Below, piece by piece: positions 24,985 through 37,533 of a stretch of DNA of 64,000 nucleotides (the stretch's first letter is position 1; the number at the start of each line of letters is the position of its first letter). The DNA is from Pocillopora damicornis (lineage: Eukaryota). The stretch covers positions 1 to 64,000 of the forward strand of contig NW_020845859.1 of assembly GCF_003704095.1 (NCBI RefSeq). The letters run 5' to 3'. Position numbers and translations under genes: made by a program. Below the pieces are notes generated by a model that was not told where the DNA came from, searched no databases, and saw only the letters and a list, made by a program, of their open reading frames with translations.

Positions 24985-27900
24985 ACAGGAAAAAATTATG
25001 TGATTACGTATTAATAATATACATGAAGAAATACGAGATATTATCATAATTATGCAGAAGAAAAGCGCACGCATCAAGTGTAAAAATAATTTATTCAAAC
25101 CCAACAAGTGACATTGCGCGTTCGGTCAAAACAACCGCGCACGATCAAAACAATAATATACAATGATATTTTCACATCTTCAAGGTGCAAAAAAGTTCAA
25201 AGTCAGGCTAAACAGTTCAAGGAATTGTTCAGTCTGGTTTGTTACTTCTTTGCACTGAATTAGCTCCCTTCTGCATTGAATTAATTGAAAACTGCATTTA
25301 TCCTAACCAATCAGAACTGAGTAATTTTTTCATGTATCTTATTGAGGACGAAACAAGCGACTGTAGAGTGAGAAATTATGATGTTATGTTTGCTATCGAG
25401 CTACAATAGGGGAGTGGAAAACGATTCAACTTTGCTGGCAGGTGAAGGAGTAGAGAATTATGGATAAAACCCTGCACCAGCATTTGATGAAAAACCAACA
25501 GTTTTATCCGTTGGATAATAAAAAAATTAATTAGGAATTCAACCAAGGAATCTCTCTTTAAGTCCTCTGATGTAAATGAAAATATATTTCAGTCATGTAT
25601 TTGCTTCTACCTTTCTTTGTTGTAGGAATCTGTTGCCTTTTTCCCCCTCATTATTGTGATCAGTCGTATTGCGACCGAACTAACTTGTAGAAGCTTCACA
25701 GATAGACTTACAATGACACCGAGGGTAAATCTCTCTTTGTTCTCATCACTCGTCTGAGAGAGCCTCATGCCATTTCGCATACGGTCACAGCCCGGTTCTC
25801 ACATATTATAGGGTGTGCCGTGATGATTCTGACTTTCAACGAATCAATAGTTATGTGTACTTCGGGGTCAATTGAGACTTTAATTCCGAATCAGAACATA
25901 TTAATTCATAATTTACGCAGAGCAGCTTATATAAAAAGGCATCGCTAGGATAAAGGGGGGGAGGAGTTTCTAAAGAAACTGCAGGGCTCCGTCGGTGGGG
26001 ATATTTCAAGATAATTAAGTTTATTAACTCAGCTGATAATGTAAATTGGTCGCCATAGAGAGTCTCTTTAGCAGATATTTCGAGCGTTAGCCCTCTGTCA
26101 GTACGAGTAGGGGAATTGTGCGCACTGCGTGTTTTTATGTGAAGAAAAAAGGAGATATACTATCTTGGTTATGCATGAATACTGAAATAGAATGACGGCA
26201 AAACACCTAGCAAGACACTTTTTTTTATCGGCGGTTCCGTGACCTCAGTTCCGTTTATTTTCTCTTTTTTCCCACAGGTTATAATCTTGTGCACAACTTT
26301 TGCAATATTTGGTACCAGCCTATGGTTTTTCGTACAGTCAGCATCTAAAACCTCCTCTGTTTATGTGCCCACGATCATTTTTGCCGGAATGTCCTCGCTT
26401 ATCACCATGGTAACGCCGACACTTCAGTATCACATCACTGGAAATAGCAAGGTAAGCGAACCCTTTTAAATCACGATAAAACGGAGACCTCTTTTTTGTC
26501 TCGAAAGTTTAATAGGCTTAAATTACTCTGTTTAGTCATACCAGTTTCGTTTTCCAGGAGAAAGAAGACATTTCACTCGATTAGCTGTTAGATGAGCAAT
26601 TTTTTAGAAATTTCGACATCACAGAGAGTTGCTTCTGTATATTTGTTAGTAAAGGATCATTCACTCTTTATCACTTTGGGGAGGGGGGAATCACATGGTT
26701 TTCAGGGGGGACGGAGGGAGGGGATCAGTCGTCACAAACGGAGTTTAAAGGGGGGATATAGAAAATTGACTTCCAATTAACTGCCAATGATAGTGGCCAC
26801 ATGAATATTACAGAGCCCAATGGGGGGAAGGTAAATCTCATTGTGACATAACTGAAATCCTCCAAACCTCCCCCCCCCCCCTCCTCTGTCCCTTAGAAAT
26901 ACTCACTGAATTTGAAAGAGATTCTCTAAAGACGTGATTAATCATCAAACGAGTAAAAGGATGGCTTAGTGGAGAAGATGAAAACAGATGTTTAAAAAGT
27001 TTAAACGGCGACCTAAAGAAACTGTTAGCTACGAATTCTATTTCTTTTCAGGAAGCGGTTACATTCGTTTCTCTAATTTTTGAATGCACGGAAAGGGTTC
27101 TTCTTGGAGGGATTGTGCTCGCAGTCCAAACATCTTTTCCCGGGAACAAAGACAAGTAAGCAACTAACAACTTCCCAAATTAATTTGGAAAATTTGTGGA
27201 GAGGGCGTAAATTACAAGAGTGTTGAAGCAGTCCTCAAGATAGAGGAAAGAAGAATTTGTCACCGGTCTCATTCCGTCTTGTTTCGTTCTTTTCCATTCT
27301 TTCCTTCCTCTTTGAATTCTAAAATATTTTGTCGGCGTTTTCTCCATCATGTTTGGCCATTTTCCTCCCTTTTTGCGTCACTTCTTCCTTCCTTTCAATT
27401 CATGACGGCTACAAATCTGCTGTTTAAAGTGTCGATATTTGTTCTTTACTAGTGCTTTTTGACAACCTTTCACTGTTAAGATCTCATTAGTAATTCTCCT
27501 TACTATCATCCATACAATTCTTACGTCGTTAGTTTGGAGAATTTAATATTGGATCGACCAATAATTCATATTTTCATATATTCTCATCACTTGTCTACTT
27601 GATATTGTCTTGATATTGTAAGGAGAAATTATGTCTTGGTCACTCTCGGGAGATAAAGGGTTAAGGCCTTCTTTAACTTTTTGCCTATTTATAATTGAAT
27701 ATGTCTATTTACAAATCATAACCCACCAACCACATTTTAGAACTGAACTTTTCGTGGGTTGCTCCTAGTGTCTATTTCCGAAATTTATCATAATATACAA
27801 ACTATTATTTCTTGTAAACCAGATCAGTCGGTGAATATCTGCGCGTTGCCTTCCCAGCAACCTTTGGTTCCTGCATTTTGGTTCCCCTGCTGATAGCTAC

Positions 27901-29529
27901 AGGGTCTATGAGCTCAAAAGACTCCAATGAAGGTATGATGCAAAACCCAACATGATAGCGCGCTCTAGACTTTACTCTTGATGAAGTGTTGTGGGTTTAT
28001 GTACAGCATTAAATGATCTAAATGGCCATCAAACGACCACAAACAAGCGAAAAAAAGGCTTTCAGACATATTACATGCAATTGGAGAAAAAACATCTCTT
28101 CCTGCGGATATCACGCTATGGAAACAGCATAGTAGTGCCAGTAATGAATACCTATATAATTGTTATTTTAACTGTAAAGTAGGTGTGTCATCTTCAACAA
28201 TATTTTTGATCTTAAAGGTCCGATGCTAACTATTACTGCAGCAAGTCCCCGAGAGGAGATTGAACCGATACATACCAGTCAGCGGTTGGAAAACTGTCTT
28301 GAACGTCTTGGTATGTGATTTTAACATATCACGCTCATCTCGTTCCCAGATCTTCCCAGTGAGATAAATAGTGAAATCATTTCACTGCTTGGAAAAGCAG
28401 TGGCAAAAATATACTACATATCAGCCGCCTTCATCACAGGTTTCCGCTATGTAGAATATGTTCGAAACGCATTATGGCGGGCGCGTGAAAACAAAATGGT
28501 ATCGTTATTGTGGTGGGAAATATCTGGCTTCGTTTTGGCTTTGACGAAAACGAAGACTCATAGCGCATTTGACCGAGGCTAAAGCCAACAACAACCAGTT
28601 TTACACAAGCGAATTTTTCCTCATTTTCTTCGCTTTTCTTGTTTTCCTTTATTATTTTCATTTCTCATCTTCTTCCGCGGTCATAGATTAAAAGCTTAAA
28701 TGAACTTTACTGTTATTTTCATTTTCAGTATGTTCGGAAACATCAACTCCACCCGTGTACATCGAACGTGGCGAAAGGAGGCGAAACAGTGCGGAGATAC
28801 AAAGTTAGCTGGTTGATAACAAGCATCTGTTCCGAATTACAAACTGTTTACAGTGAATTGATTCTTACCTTAATATTTTCCTTTCTTAAAGGTTCCTTGT
28901 CAACGGCTCTCCCGTCAGATGTCGAACCTGAAGCGGAAGCAAGGTCTCCTGAACAGCGGGATCGAGGTTTGTACTTGTTAGAAATGGGGTGTCGCAATTC
29001 AAGGTCATTTTGTGGTGTTGTTGGGGAAGAAACGATCCTCCCACATCACCTTTCCCCACCCAGGAGTATAAATGGGAACCTGAGAAACTTCATGAAATGC
29101 AGAGGGAGCCTGTAAAGGGATATAATTTTATCCAGAAGCAGAGGTAACAACATGGTCACTTTGCGGTTTAGTCTCGCAAACAGACGTTACCTCTCACTTT
29201 GATTGGCAAATCTAGGACCTTTCCTCTTTCGATATAAAACTGTCATCAACACCCCCCTCCCCCCTAAGAGTATAAAACTGTCGTATACACCCCCTCCCCC
29301 TTTCCCCCTTCCTTTCCTCACTAGACCTTTGCTTCTCTAATTTTTCTCAATAGACTTTAAAGGTGGTAAAAACTGTGTAACTTCGAGAATTTACACCTAA
29401 ATATTCTGTTTGGTCATACTTTTATGTGTGAGTTTCACAATGTCTCTTTCTTTTCTTCCTTTGACAGATATCGAGGAAGTCAAGCGAGCATTAGACGAGC
29501 TTCATCGACTTCCTTCCACTGATTTGTAG
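21528..29529 (+). CDS. MFSD12-like major facilitator superfamily transporter (divergent), ~592 aa
   Basis: Exons 21528-22078, 22865-22970, 23129-23234, 23732-23862, 24396-24488, 25626-25724, 26278-26451, 27052-27155, 27823-27932, 28218-28310, 28729-28803, 28892-28966, 29468-29529 join in frame. Motifs GHILNNLTSSVWYSY, YGKRKAWHIIG, WLKEPSLYKV, QSYLPLYV, ESVAFFPL. The last four exons are less certain. Confidence 0.82.
24880..25345. mobile_element. Intronic MITE-like repeat containing a perfect 30-bp hairpin
   Basis: Arms 24912-24941 and 24955-24984 are exact reverse complements. Element boundaries are approximate. Confidence 0.55.
27462..27664 (-). mobile_element. piggyBac-type MITE copy (intronic)
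   Basis: Same family as 8989-9200; ends GGGAGATAAAGGGTTAA. Confidence 0.8.
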
Positions 29530-30415
29530 CCTTTATCTATCCTTGTAGTATTTTACGGGATTGTAGAGGCGAATTCTTTGTTGATTTCAACTTCGTGTAA
29601 TCGCTGTTGGTCTCATTACCAACAACTGCTGCCAGGATGATTAACCCTTTCATTCCCACGAGAAACCAAAATGAATTCTTCCTTACAGCATTGATGCTTT
29701 TTCAGTCAGAAAGGCGATGAGACAAAAAGGAAAAATATCAACTGTATGATAATCTTAGATACAACACCAAATTCTCTGAGCCAAGAGTTGATATTTAGAT
29801 CGTCGGAGTGAAAGGGACCATATTTCTTAGGAGTATTTAACTAATCAAAAATAGCAATACGCATTCGTTTTATTTTGCCAAGTCTCGGACTCTCCTTGAG
29901 CCAAATGAAAGGAAATTAGATTATGCATGCTGAAAACATCCGCAGTTTCCCTGCGCAAGCTGTTATCTATTATACATATATTTAGCATCCATAATTGACC
30001 AGTTCCAATTTGGCGTTTTCTTACTCCTACTGGGAGAGAACTCAGTAGAGAAGAGCCCTCAGTATATATTCAGTATGTCAGAAAACATTTCGCAGTGCAA
30101 CGTTAGACTTACTGAGCGAAACGTCTTAGTTATTTCAGACAAAAGAACATCAACACATGTTCTCTTTGCCAAACCAAATAAAACCGCAATTAGGCAGATT
30201 TGGTCAACCAAGACAAGTTAGCTGACAAAGACTGTTGGCACTCCCCCCCCCAGCCCCGTCCTAGAGAGAAAAAAGCTTTATCACCAACGTATTTATCGAT
30301 TGAATAATATGCAGTGATCTTTGATAACATTGAAAACGCCATAAATATTATCTAATAAAATAGCTCGATCCTTCTCTCATGGAATTATTCATCTGGAAGG
30401 CATTTCATTGCCTCG

Positions 30416-30627
30416 TTAACCTTTTAACTCCCATGAGTGACCAAGAGAGAATTTCTCCTTACAATATCGATACAATATCAAGCATAGAAGTGATGAGAAT
30501 AAAGAAAAATATAAATTCGGGGATTAATAGTTGATCCAATACCAAATTCTCCAAATTGACATCATGAGAATTGTACGACAGACAGTAAGGAGAATTTCTA
30601 ATAAGATTTGGGGAGTTAAAGAGTTAA
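30416..30627 (+). mobile_element. piggyBac-type MITE copy
   Basis: TTAACCTTTTAACTCCC...GGGAGTTAAAGAGTTAA. Confidence 0.85.
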
Positions 30628-31119
30628 GGAGACAACGGCTCCGAAGATCAGATGTTTGGAGCAAGTATTTATTGTGAAGTGGAGTTTCTCTTTCCCCATC
30701 TTCTGAAACGCAATTTAAGGATCACTTAGCAAAGGAAAAACACATCAAAACAAAGAAGACAGAGCTGAACTCGAGGTTAAAAATATTTAATTAAATGATC
30801 ATCCCGTTACCTAAGGATTCAAACGAGAAACACTACATGTAACATATTACAACACGTCACAACTACCTAACAATTAAAAATAAATTTTGTATTAGTTTCC
30901 TTTTGCTGTATTTATTTTCTTGAGGCGGACTGACACATAGATTTGGCGCGGTTTCACGGTGTATGACCTGATCACATACCGGTCGAAAGTTCAAGTTGTG
31001 GTTTCCCTTACGAGTTGGTGATTTTGGTCCTCAGCACGTGATACGTTCACGTCCGATCAGAGAACGTGTTTGAATTGGAAGGTATCAAAAAAAAGAGTTT
31101 TGTAAAACTGTTAAGTTAC

Positions 31120-32782
31120 TCATGGGAAGCCGTATCCTCGGCGAGCACACTGCTGGAAAAGTCCTTGTCCTCTTCCTCGCCAGCCACATTTTTCGACGCC
31201 ATTTTGATCACGATAACTGTAGCACCGATGATATTTTGCTCTGCACATCCAGTGGGGGTCAAATCCATCACAGCCAAGTAGAAGGCCACCACAGTTTGCG
31301 AAGCAAAATCCGATCTTACACTTACATCCTTGGCTATACTGCATTTGGACACCGGCTCTCTGTTCAGGAGTCACCTCGGTCCACTTCTGATGGAAGTTGC
31401 AGAAGCTGGTGTACAGATTTCCGTCTAAAATCTTTCCGAAAAGGAGGTATTCGGTATAAGGCTGGAGCTGCACTCTACACGACGAGATTCGAGAAGGTGT
31501 GTATAGCTTGGTCAATGACTTGTTTTGCACGTTTGCATGGCCTTTAAAGATGGAGGTAATTCTTAACCAGTAGACTTGATAATTTCCGCCTCTATTTGGC
31601 ATGGCAGCTCTTATTGATGGACCCACGACCTTAGCGCGCAAAACTAACGAAGCAAAAAACAACACTTGTGAGAGAGGGTAAGAAAGTTAAGTTTACACTC
31701 CAAAAAAAAGTTGCAACTTCAACCGAAGCTCTACCTGGTTTCTGTGCTTGAAGCTGTTGGGAATGTTAAAGCTCACCCTGGTTGGAACACCAATATTTTA
31801 AGATATGCGAAGGTGATAGAAACGCTCTCATGTTAGGGCAAAATGTCATGAAGGAGTCTAATAGCAATTTCTTGTTACCGTAACTCAAGCGTAAAGTTCC
31901 GAGGGTAGCACTTAGAAGAAGTGTGAGTGGAGGTATTCTGCCGAAGGCATGCAAACTGAGACCCTGTTTAAGGCAAGATCTTGTCATTGCGCTGCCCCGC
32001 CCAAGAAGAGTAACTTTCATGGAATGTAGTATATCGACCTCATGAAGTTATTTTTGGCATATACGGACGGAAGTTTTAGAATTGGATCTAAAGACACTTG
32101 TAATTATAGCCGCATATGTAAACTTCTCGTAACAGAGGTCATCCGTGGATGTCAAACAGTCACAGATAAATGTTCCAATATCATCGAACAAATCTTTCGA
32201 CATTCGCAGGAAAACAGAGAAAGGAAAATACCCATTCATGCAACATAGACGGTATCAAATGTACAATGTAGTACATTTCATTTTCATTTTTCAGCTCTTC
32301 TTGTGAGTAAACAAATACTCTTTTTTGGTTTTTGGCTCAATCTAAAAACAGAATGTTCTGGTGAATCCCTGTGCATGAATTTTGTTCAAAATGTTGGAAT
32401 GAAACTTGTCAGATTTAGCTTGACTTGACTGAGCTTGACATAGATTTAAAGCATCAAACAATCGCTGTTGTCATGTTTATAAAACATTTACAGCTAAAAC
32501 GTTTTACAATAATTTCCGAAAAGACTATATGTATGTTACCACGAGCATAAATTAGGATTATTTGAATCGTGTCCTTCTATCAACTAACAGAGCAGAGAAT
32601 TCGCCCGTGGAAATGAACCGGCTGAATACTGGGCCAAATAAGCACAAATTACTTGAAAAGATGAACTTACCGAATCCACCAGCGTTACAGAATTGTTTTT
32701 GAGGATGTTCCGGCATACAGAAACAGGCGAAGGAAGAGGTCACCGAACAGACGGTTATCAACAGGAACAAGAAAACGGCCAT
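31120..32782 (-). CDS. TIMP: Two-domain TIMP (TIMP-E), ~211 aa
   Basis: Exons 32782-32671 (MAVFLFLLITVCSVTSSFA-CFCMPEHPQKQFCNAGGF) and 31643-31120 (VLRAKVV..IFKG..LYTP..SSCRV..EYLLFG..FCNFHQKW..YSQGCKCKI..CGW). Cys-rich C-terminal domain present. Confidence 0.93.
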
Positions 32783-32855
32783 CTTCCTCTCTTAGTTCAG
32801 TGTAGCTTTTTCAAACCAGCTGGAAATTGTGACCTTCTGCTGCTTCGTGATCGCA

Positions 32856-32863
32856 TTTATATA
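32856..32863 (-). promoter_or_regulatory. Candidate TATA box of TIMP-E
   Basis: TATATAAAT on the minus strand ~75 bp upstream of the ATG. Confidence 0.45.
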
Positions 32864-35277
32864 CCATTTCCACCTTAGTAACAATGACAGGGTTGCTAAC
32901 CGAGAGCGGTCAATAAATGCCGTATCAAAATATTGTGGGATGATATCATGAGGGCGTGTGGATCTACAAGGTCAAGAAACGTCATCGCAATAATTACTGA
33001 AAACATTTCGCAATGATGAAAACATGAAAACAAAGGAAGAAAAACATGTCCTTGGTAACACTACAAAAATGTGTAGCCTACTGCAACTAAAAAAGGTGCA
33101 AAAACCTTCATTTATCCTTTCTCGAAACGATGCTATGACTGGCTTTGATAGCCACGATCAGTGACAACGTTTAGATGTTCTTCAGTTCTTTTTTGAGGCA
33201 AAATTTCCAAAGTTTGATTTACCATTTAAGGAATTTTGTCTTTTCTTGTTTTAAGAGATGTTCTTACGTGAAAAAATTTCAGAAGCGCGTAATTTTTAAA
33301 CCTGGCGGTAGACTTAAAAGATAGACCAACCTATATAAAACAGATCCTTGCCTCTTAACATATCTGAGTTGAGTTATTTCCTTCAGTAAAGGAATTTACT
33401 ACCACAGGATGCTACTTGAAACGTTTTATATGGGATTGTTTCTGGTTTTTATCTCTGTTTTTGAAGTAAAAAATAGAATTTAAGGGAGTGGTTGTTTATT
33501 GAAGTACCAAAGCATCACTGAACTAATTTGCAAAGCCGTAGCTATGACCGATCTCTACTGCGCCTTTATGGAGCGATGATCTTTGTTTTCGAAGTCTGAG
33601 AAGCTTGAGACAAGATTTCGCATTGAGACAGAAGTAAAGAACAGAGGAATTAATTTAATCTTAGAATCAAACATACGATAATTTTTTTGCATGATAATAC
33701 AAATGCATTGAGCTTTCCGGATAGCGATGTTGCAACTCATCTCAAACAAACATTTTTGTTTCCAAGACATCCGCCGGTAATTTTTAGTTTCCGTGGAGAT
33801 AAAAGACGAAAATTATTCTTATCATCAGGATAAAAAGGTCGAAAAGAATGGCCATTGTCATTAAATAATAACAAATTTGCTGCTTTGGAGTGCACGTAAT
33901 ACACGCACGTTGTCAACCCGAGCTTTAAGAACTGTAGGTTAGGTGATAGAAATTCCATCTTTCTAGAAACTGGTCCGATACCGTACCTTGCTTCCGAAAT
34001 GTTTTGTGGTTGCGCAATCTGGATAAAGAGTAATACTCAGTAATATTAAAAGATTAGTCTACAGACGTAGTGAGGGTGCCATTTTTGGATTTTGGACAAG
34101 CCTCATAATTGAATTACTACCGAAATTTTACGTCACTTATCAACGTGGCTAGGATGTCACTGCAGAATTTTGTCACTGATCTAAGCGATTTTAGACCAAA
34201 TTTATTTATATGGCTGTCTGGAGTTCTGAATTTTCGCTTCTTTGAGGTTTTGACTTTGGGGGAGCTTTGAGGCCACAGTAACCTTCAATGCTGTATCCTT
34301 GAACCGCAGAGAGATTTTCACCACGTAACTCACGCTATGTTTCTCTCTGGAGAGACAATTATTCATGCAAGGTATATCAGTAGAGGCCATCTCCCGCTGA
34401 CCTTAGGCAAGTTACGTAGAGGCTTTTACGTGTACGTATTATTGTAACGCACATGATGATGCGTGTATTGCGCCTAAAAAAAGATATACTGGGGTCATAA
34501 TGTATCTGTCAGTGTAAGACGGTAAAACTGAAACGAAGAAAAATGTTCGGTAATGGGGTAACAGACAAAGGGATCTTTTAGAAATGAAGAGTAAAGTTCT
34601 TTTAAGCAGAGACTTCGGTTATGTAGGAAAACGAAAACAGACGATTTACTACCTTCACTCTTACTGCTTACATAATCAACATTAGTGTAGGTGATGTGAC
34701 TAAAAAAAAATCCGTCACAAATATGATTCACTTTTTCATTTTAACCAAAAATGCAAGCATTCTTTATGGCAAAAGCTGTAGCTGAAAGGCTGAGGTCGAA
34801 TGATACTCCGCACGACTGAACTTTGATGCAAATCAGTGTTCTAGGATGGAAATTTCTGATCAATTCCCCTGTATATGATAATTGTATTTCCGTTTTTCGT
34901 TTGCTAAAAGAAGACAGCAGATAATTGTTTAAAATCCCGTTCTCCATTGCCTAAATTGGAAATTTCAATCGGTCTTGAAAAAAACTGTAAAATATTGACA
35001 CATTTTCTTTTGAAATATTTCCGCACAAAGGAATGGTTGACGTGTTTTCATATGGAAATGTTTGTCATCGGTTAGAGGGTCAGTTTCATTCGTAGAAGGT
35101 GACTTTAAGTTGTTTAATGTAAGAGAAGACACGAAAAACAAGTTCCATGCATGGTAATTGACAAAGACGCCGTTTCATTATTTTGCTTCTTTCGATTTTG
35201 TTCAAACGCCAATGAAACGCGACACACCAATTTTCTTCGACTAAATATCCTTAGGCTGAGGTCATTCGCAGCCTTTA

Positions 35278-35707
35278 CAGGGCGTGAAATTAATTTTTTT
35301 TTTTTTGGCTCCTAAATTCTTCAAGGTGGTAGCCAATTAAAAAAAAAAAGGTCGCCATTTTCAAAGACAAACAAAAACTTTTTTTAGCCGTTAGCGTTCT
35401 AGATAGACCCTCCAAAATTAAGTTAGGAAAAAGATCTTTAACGTGCTACAAATTGGACTCTATGATGGATAATATACAACGTTCAAGCTCACCTAAATCC
35501 AAGATGGCGTCTAGTCATCGATTTAGATGTATGTGCTGCGTGTTTTGGAAACAAACTTAACGGGGAAGTTTGCAGCGGCTTTATCTTTCTAAGGATATGA
35601 TGAAGCATTCTAGTCGCCAATTTGGCGACTAATTTTCAGGATTTGGTCGCCAAAGTGAAAAAATTTAGTCGCATTGGCGCCTGTATCAGGCGCAATTTCA
35701 CGCCCTG
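35278..35707. mobile_element. Non-autonomous DNA transposon with 14-bp TIRs and a 5-bp TSD (hAT5-like)
   Basis: TIRs CAGGGCGTGAAATT / AATTTCACGCCCTG, flanked by CTTTA on both sides. Confidence 0.8.
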
Positions 35708-36606
35708 CTTTACATAGTTCAGCCAAATAACTTTCGCTGAAAAACGGAGGAAGATAATAACATATACAGTCGATGGAAGATCCGAATTGAGCAGCATGAC
35801 TAAGTATAATAAAGCACTCTGCTGCTTGTGATCCTCAGACGGAAATGTCAGTTTTTCAGGAAATAACTGAAAAGGAAGGGATTTCTCTCTATCAAAGTAA
35901 AAGTTTTGTTTCCTGTTGTTGCAGAACGCTTTTAGGTTTAGAAAAATCAAAATAAACTTTCGAACTCCGCCTTCATTCTTCTCATAGGTGTAAATCATTA
36001 GCATGGAAATTGATTGGGAAACGCTGATAATTTATGTGTTATTTACCAAGATAGGGTAGCATTGCAATTAGCAGGGAAAATTTGAGCATCTGCATTGTTT
36101 TCAGTTCATTTAATTCTACAGTCTTCACACACAGATATTCCCAACCATGAAATAAGGAAAGCTGCTTGAGTGACAAGTCTAGTTAAAACTAAAAGGCTTC
36201 ACTGATATGTTTTCAAACAAGGTTAAGTATTCAAAGATTATTTAAATATTCTATAATATACTTCTACAATTTTACAACATTTACAATTACGATGGAAAAA
36301 TCGATTGAAATCAGTTACATATATTTTTTCGTTATTATCAAAGATTGGCGAAAGTTTTACCACTGTACAATAATTACTTACATAAATAAAGGGAAATAGA
36401 CCAGAATAAATAAATCATTAATTTTTTTAGACTGATCTGTTCTTTACATTGAGTTCCGTATGGTTCCGTCATTTTGAGCTCCTTTTCTTTTGTCCGAAAG
36501 GTTTTGAAATGTTCGGGCGAGGTTGGAATGAAGAAGGAAGCTCTTCGATTTGTTTCTTGGAAAATTTCAGATCTGCTTACGCCTGTGCATTGTATTTCTG
36601 AAGTTA

Positions 36607-37533
36607 TCAGCATCTCTGTTCCATTTGAAATGAAGAGAGCTGTCTTTTGAAGCAACCACAGTGTACAAGCTTGCTTATTTCCCGCTTAATGTCCTGTTTG
36701 AGTAATCCATAAACGAGGGGGTTGAACGCAGAGTTTGCAATCAGCAGTAATTGTTGCACCTGTTCCACGTTCTTTGAAGGAGTTGGACAAAACGGCAAAA
36801 ACTGACACATGCTCTTAACAGAAGTTAGGGAGTAACAGAGAATGTAAAATGTCACCACAAAAACGATGAAAGCGATGGAGTTTCGAGCCCTGTTTCCTTG
36901 GCGCAAGGGCGGCGTGTTTTCAGTTCCTGTTGTAGTGGAGTCATTGTAGCGTAGCTGTTTCACAACTGCAGACCGCTCGCGGACATGTTTTCTGGCGATA
37001 AAAAGCAACTGTATCGTGGTTAGCAGCAAGCTTACCCAGGGAATGAGCTCGAAAACGATCGCCGCTACAAAGGTAAAGTACCTTATACCGTCTTTCGTTT
37101 GTATAAGAGTTAAAGGTACAAAACCGGCCACGAACGGTAGAATCCAGGCCATGCTGATGAACGCCAAAACACAGTTTTTTGACATGAAACTGGCATAAAC
37201 AAAGGGTTTGACTATCGCCATGTAGCGGTCCAATGCCAACACGGATAGATTGGTCACAGATGCGTACAAGAATACCCACTGAAAGATGGCAAGCAAAATG
37301 TGATGGCATCCGTTCTCAACGTTAGGTAAACAGAAGTATAAACCAGGATATAAACTCAAGCTTACTCCAAGATCTGCCACGGACAAAGACAAAAGAAACC
37401 AATTGGTAATGCACTGAAGGCGTGTTTTCGAAGCAATTAAAATGATGATGAAGATATTGCCTGTGAAAGCGAGGGCAGTCAGAAGCCAGCCCAGGACAGT
37501 AAACCATTGAGGTTTTCCTGAGTTGTCCAACAT
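36607..37533 (-). CDS. Class A (rhodopsin-like) orphan GPCR, 308 aa
   Basis: Seven hydrophobic segments with GN (TM1), LSVADL (TM2), LDRY (TM3), W..P (TM4) and NSAFNPLVY (TM7). A splice acceptor lies just upstream of the ATG, so upstream exon(s) are likely. Confidence 0.92.
   Translation of the reverse strand: MLDNSGKPQWFTVLGWLLTALAFTGNIFIIILIASKTRLQCITNWFLLSLSVADLGVSLSLYPGLYFCLPNVENGCHHILLAIFQWVFLYASVTNLSVLALDRYMAIVKPFVYASFMSKNCVLAFISMAWILPFVAGFVPLTLIQTKDGIRYFTFVAAIVFELIPWVSLLLTTIQLLFIARKHVRERSAVVKQLRYNDSTTTGTENTPPLRQGNRARNSIAFIVFVVTFYILCYSLTSVKSMCQFLPFCPTPSKNVEQVQQLLLIANSAFNPLVYGLLKQDIKREISKLVHCGCFKRQLSSFQMEQRC

Noticed and set aside
31066-31547. Overlapping or antisense ORFs on TIMP-E (likewise on TIMP-G, TIMP-H, the GPCR and MFS exons)
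   Set aside because: Shadow frames of real coding exons with no recognisable motifs.
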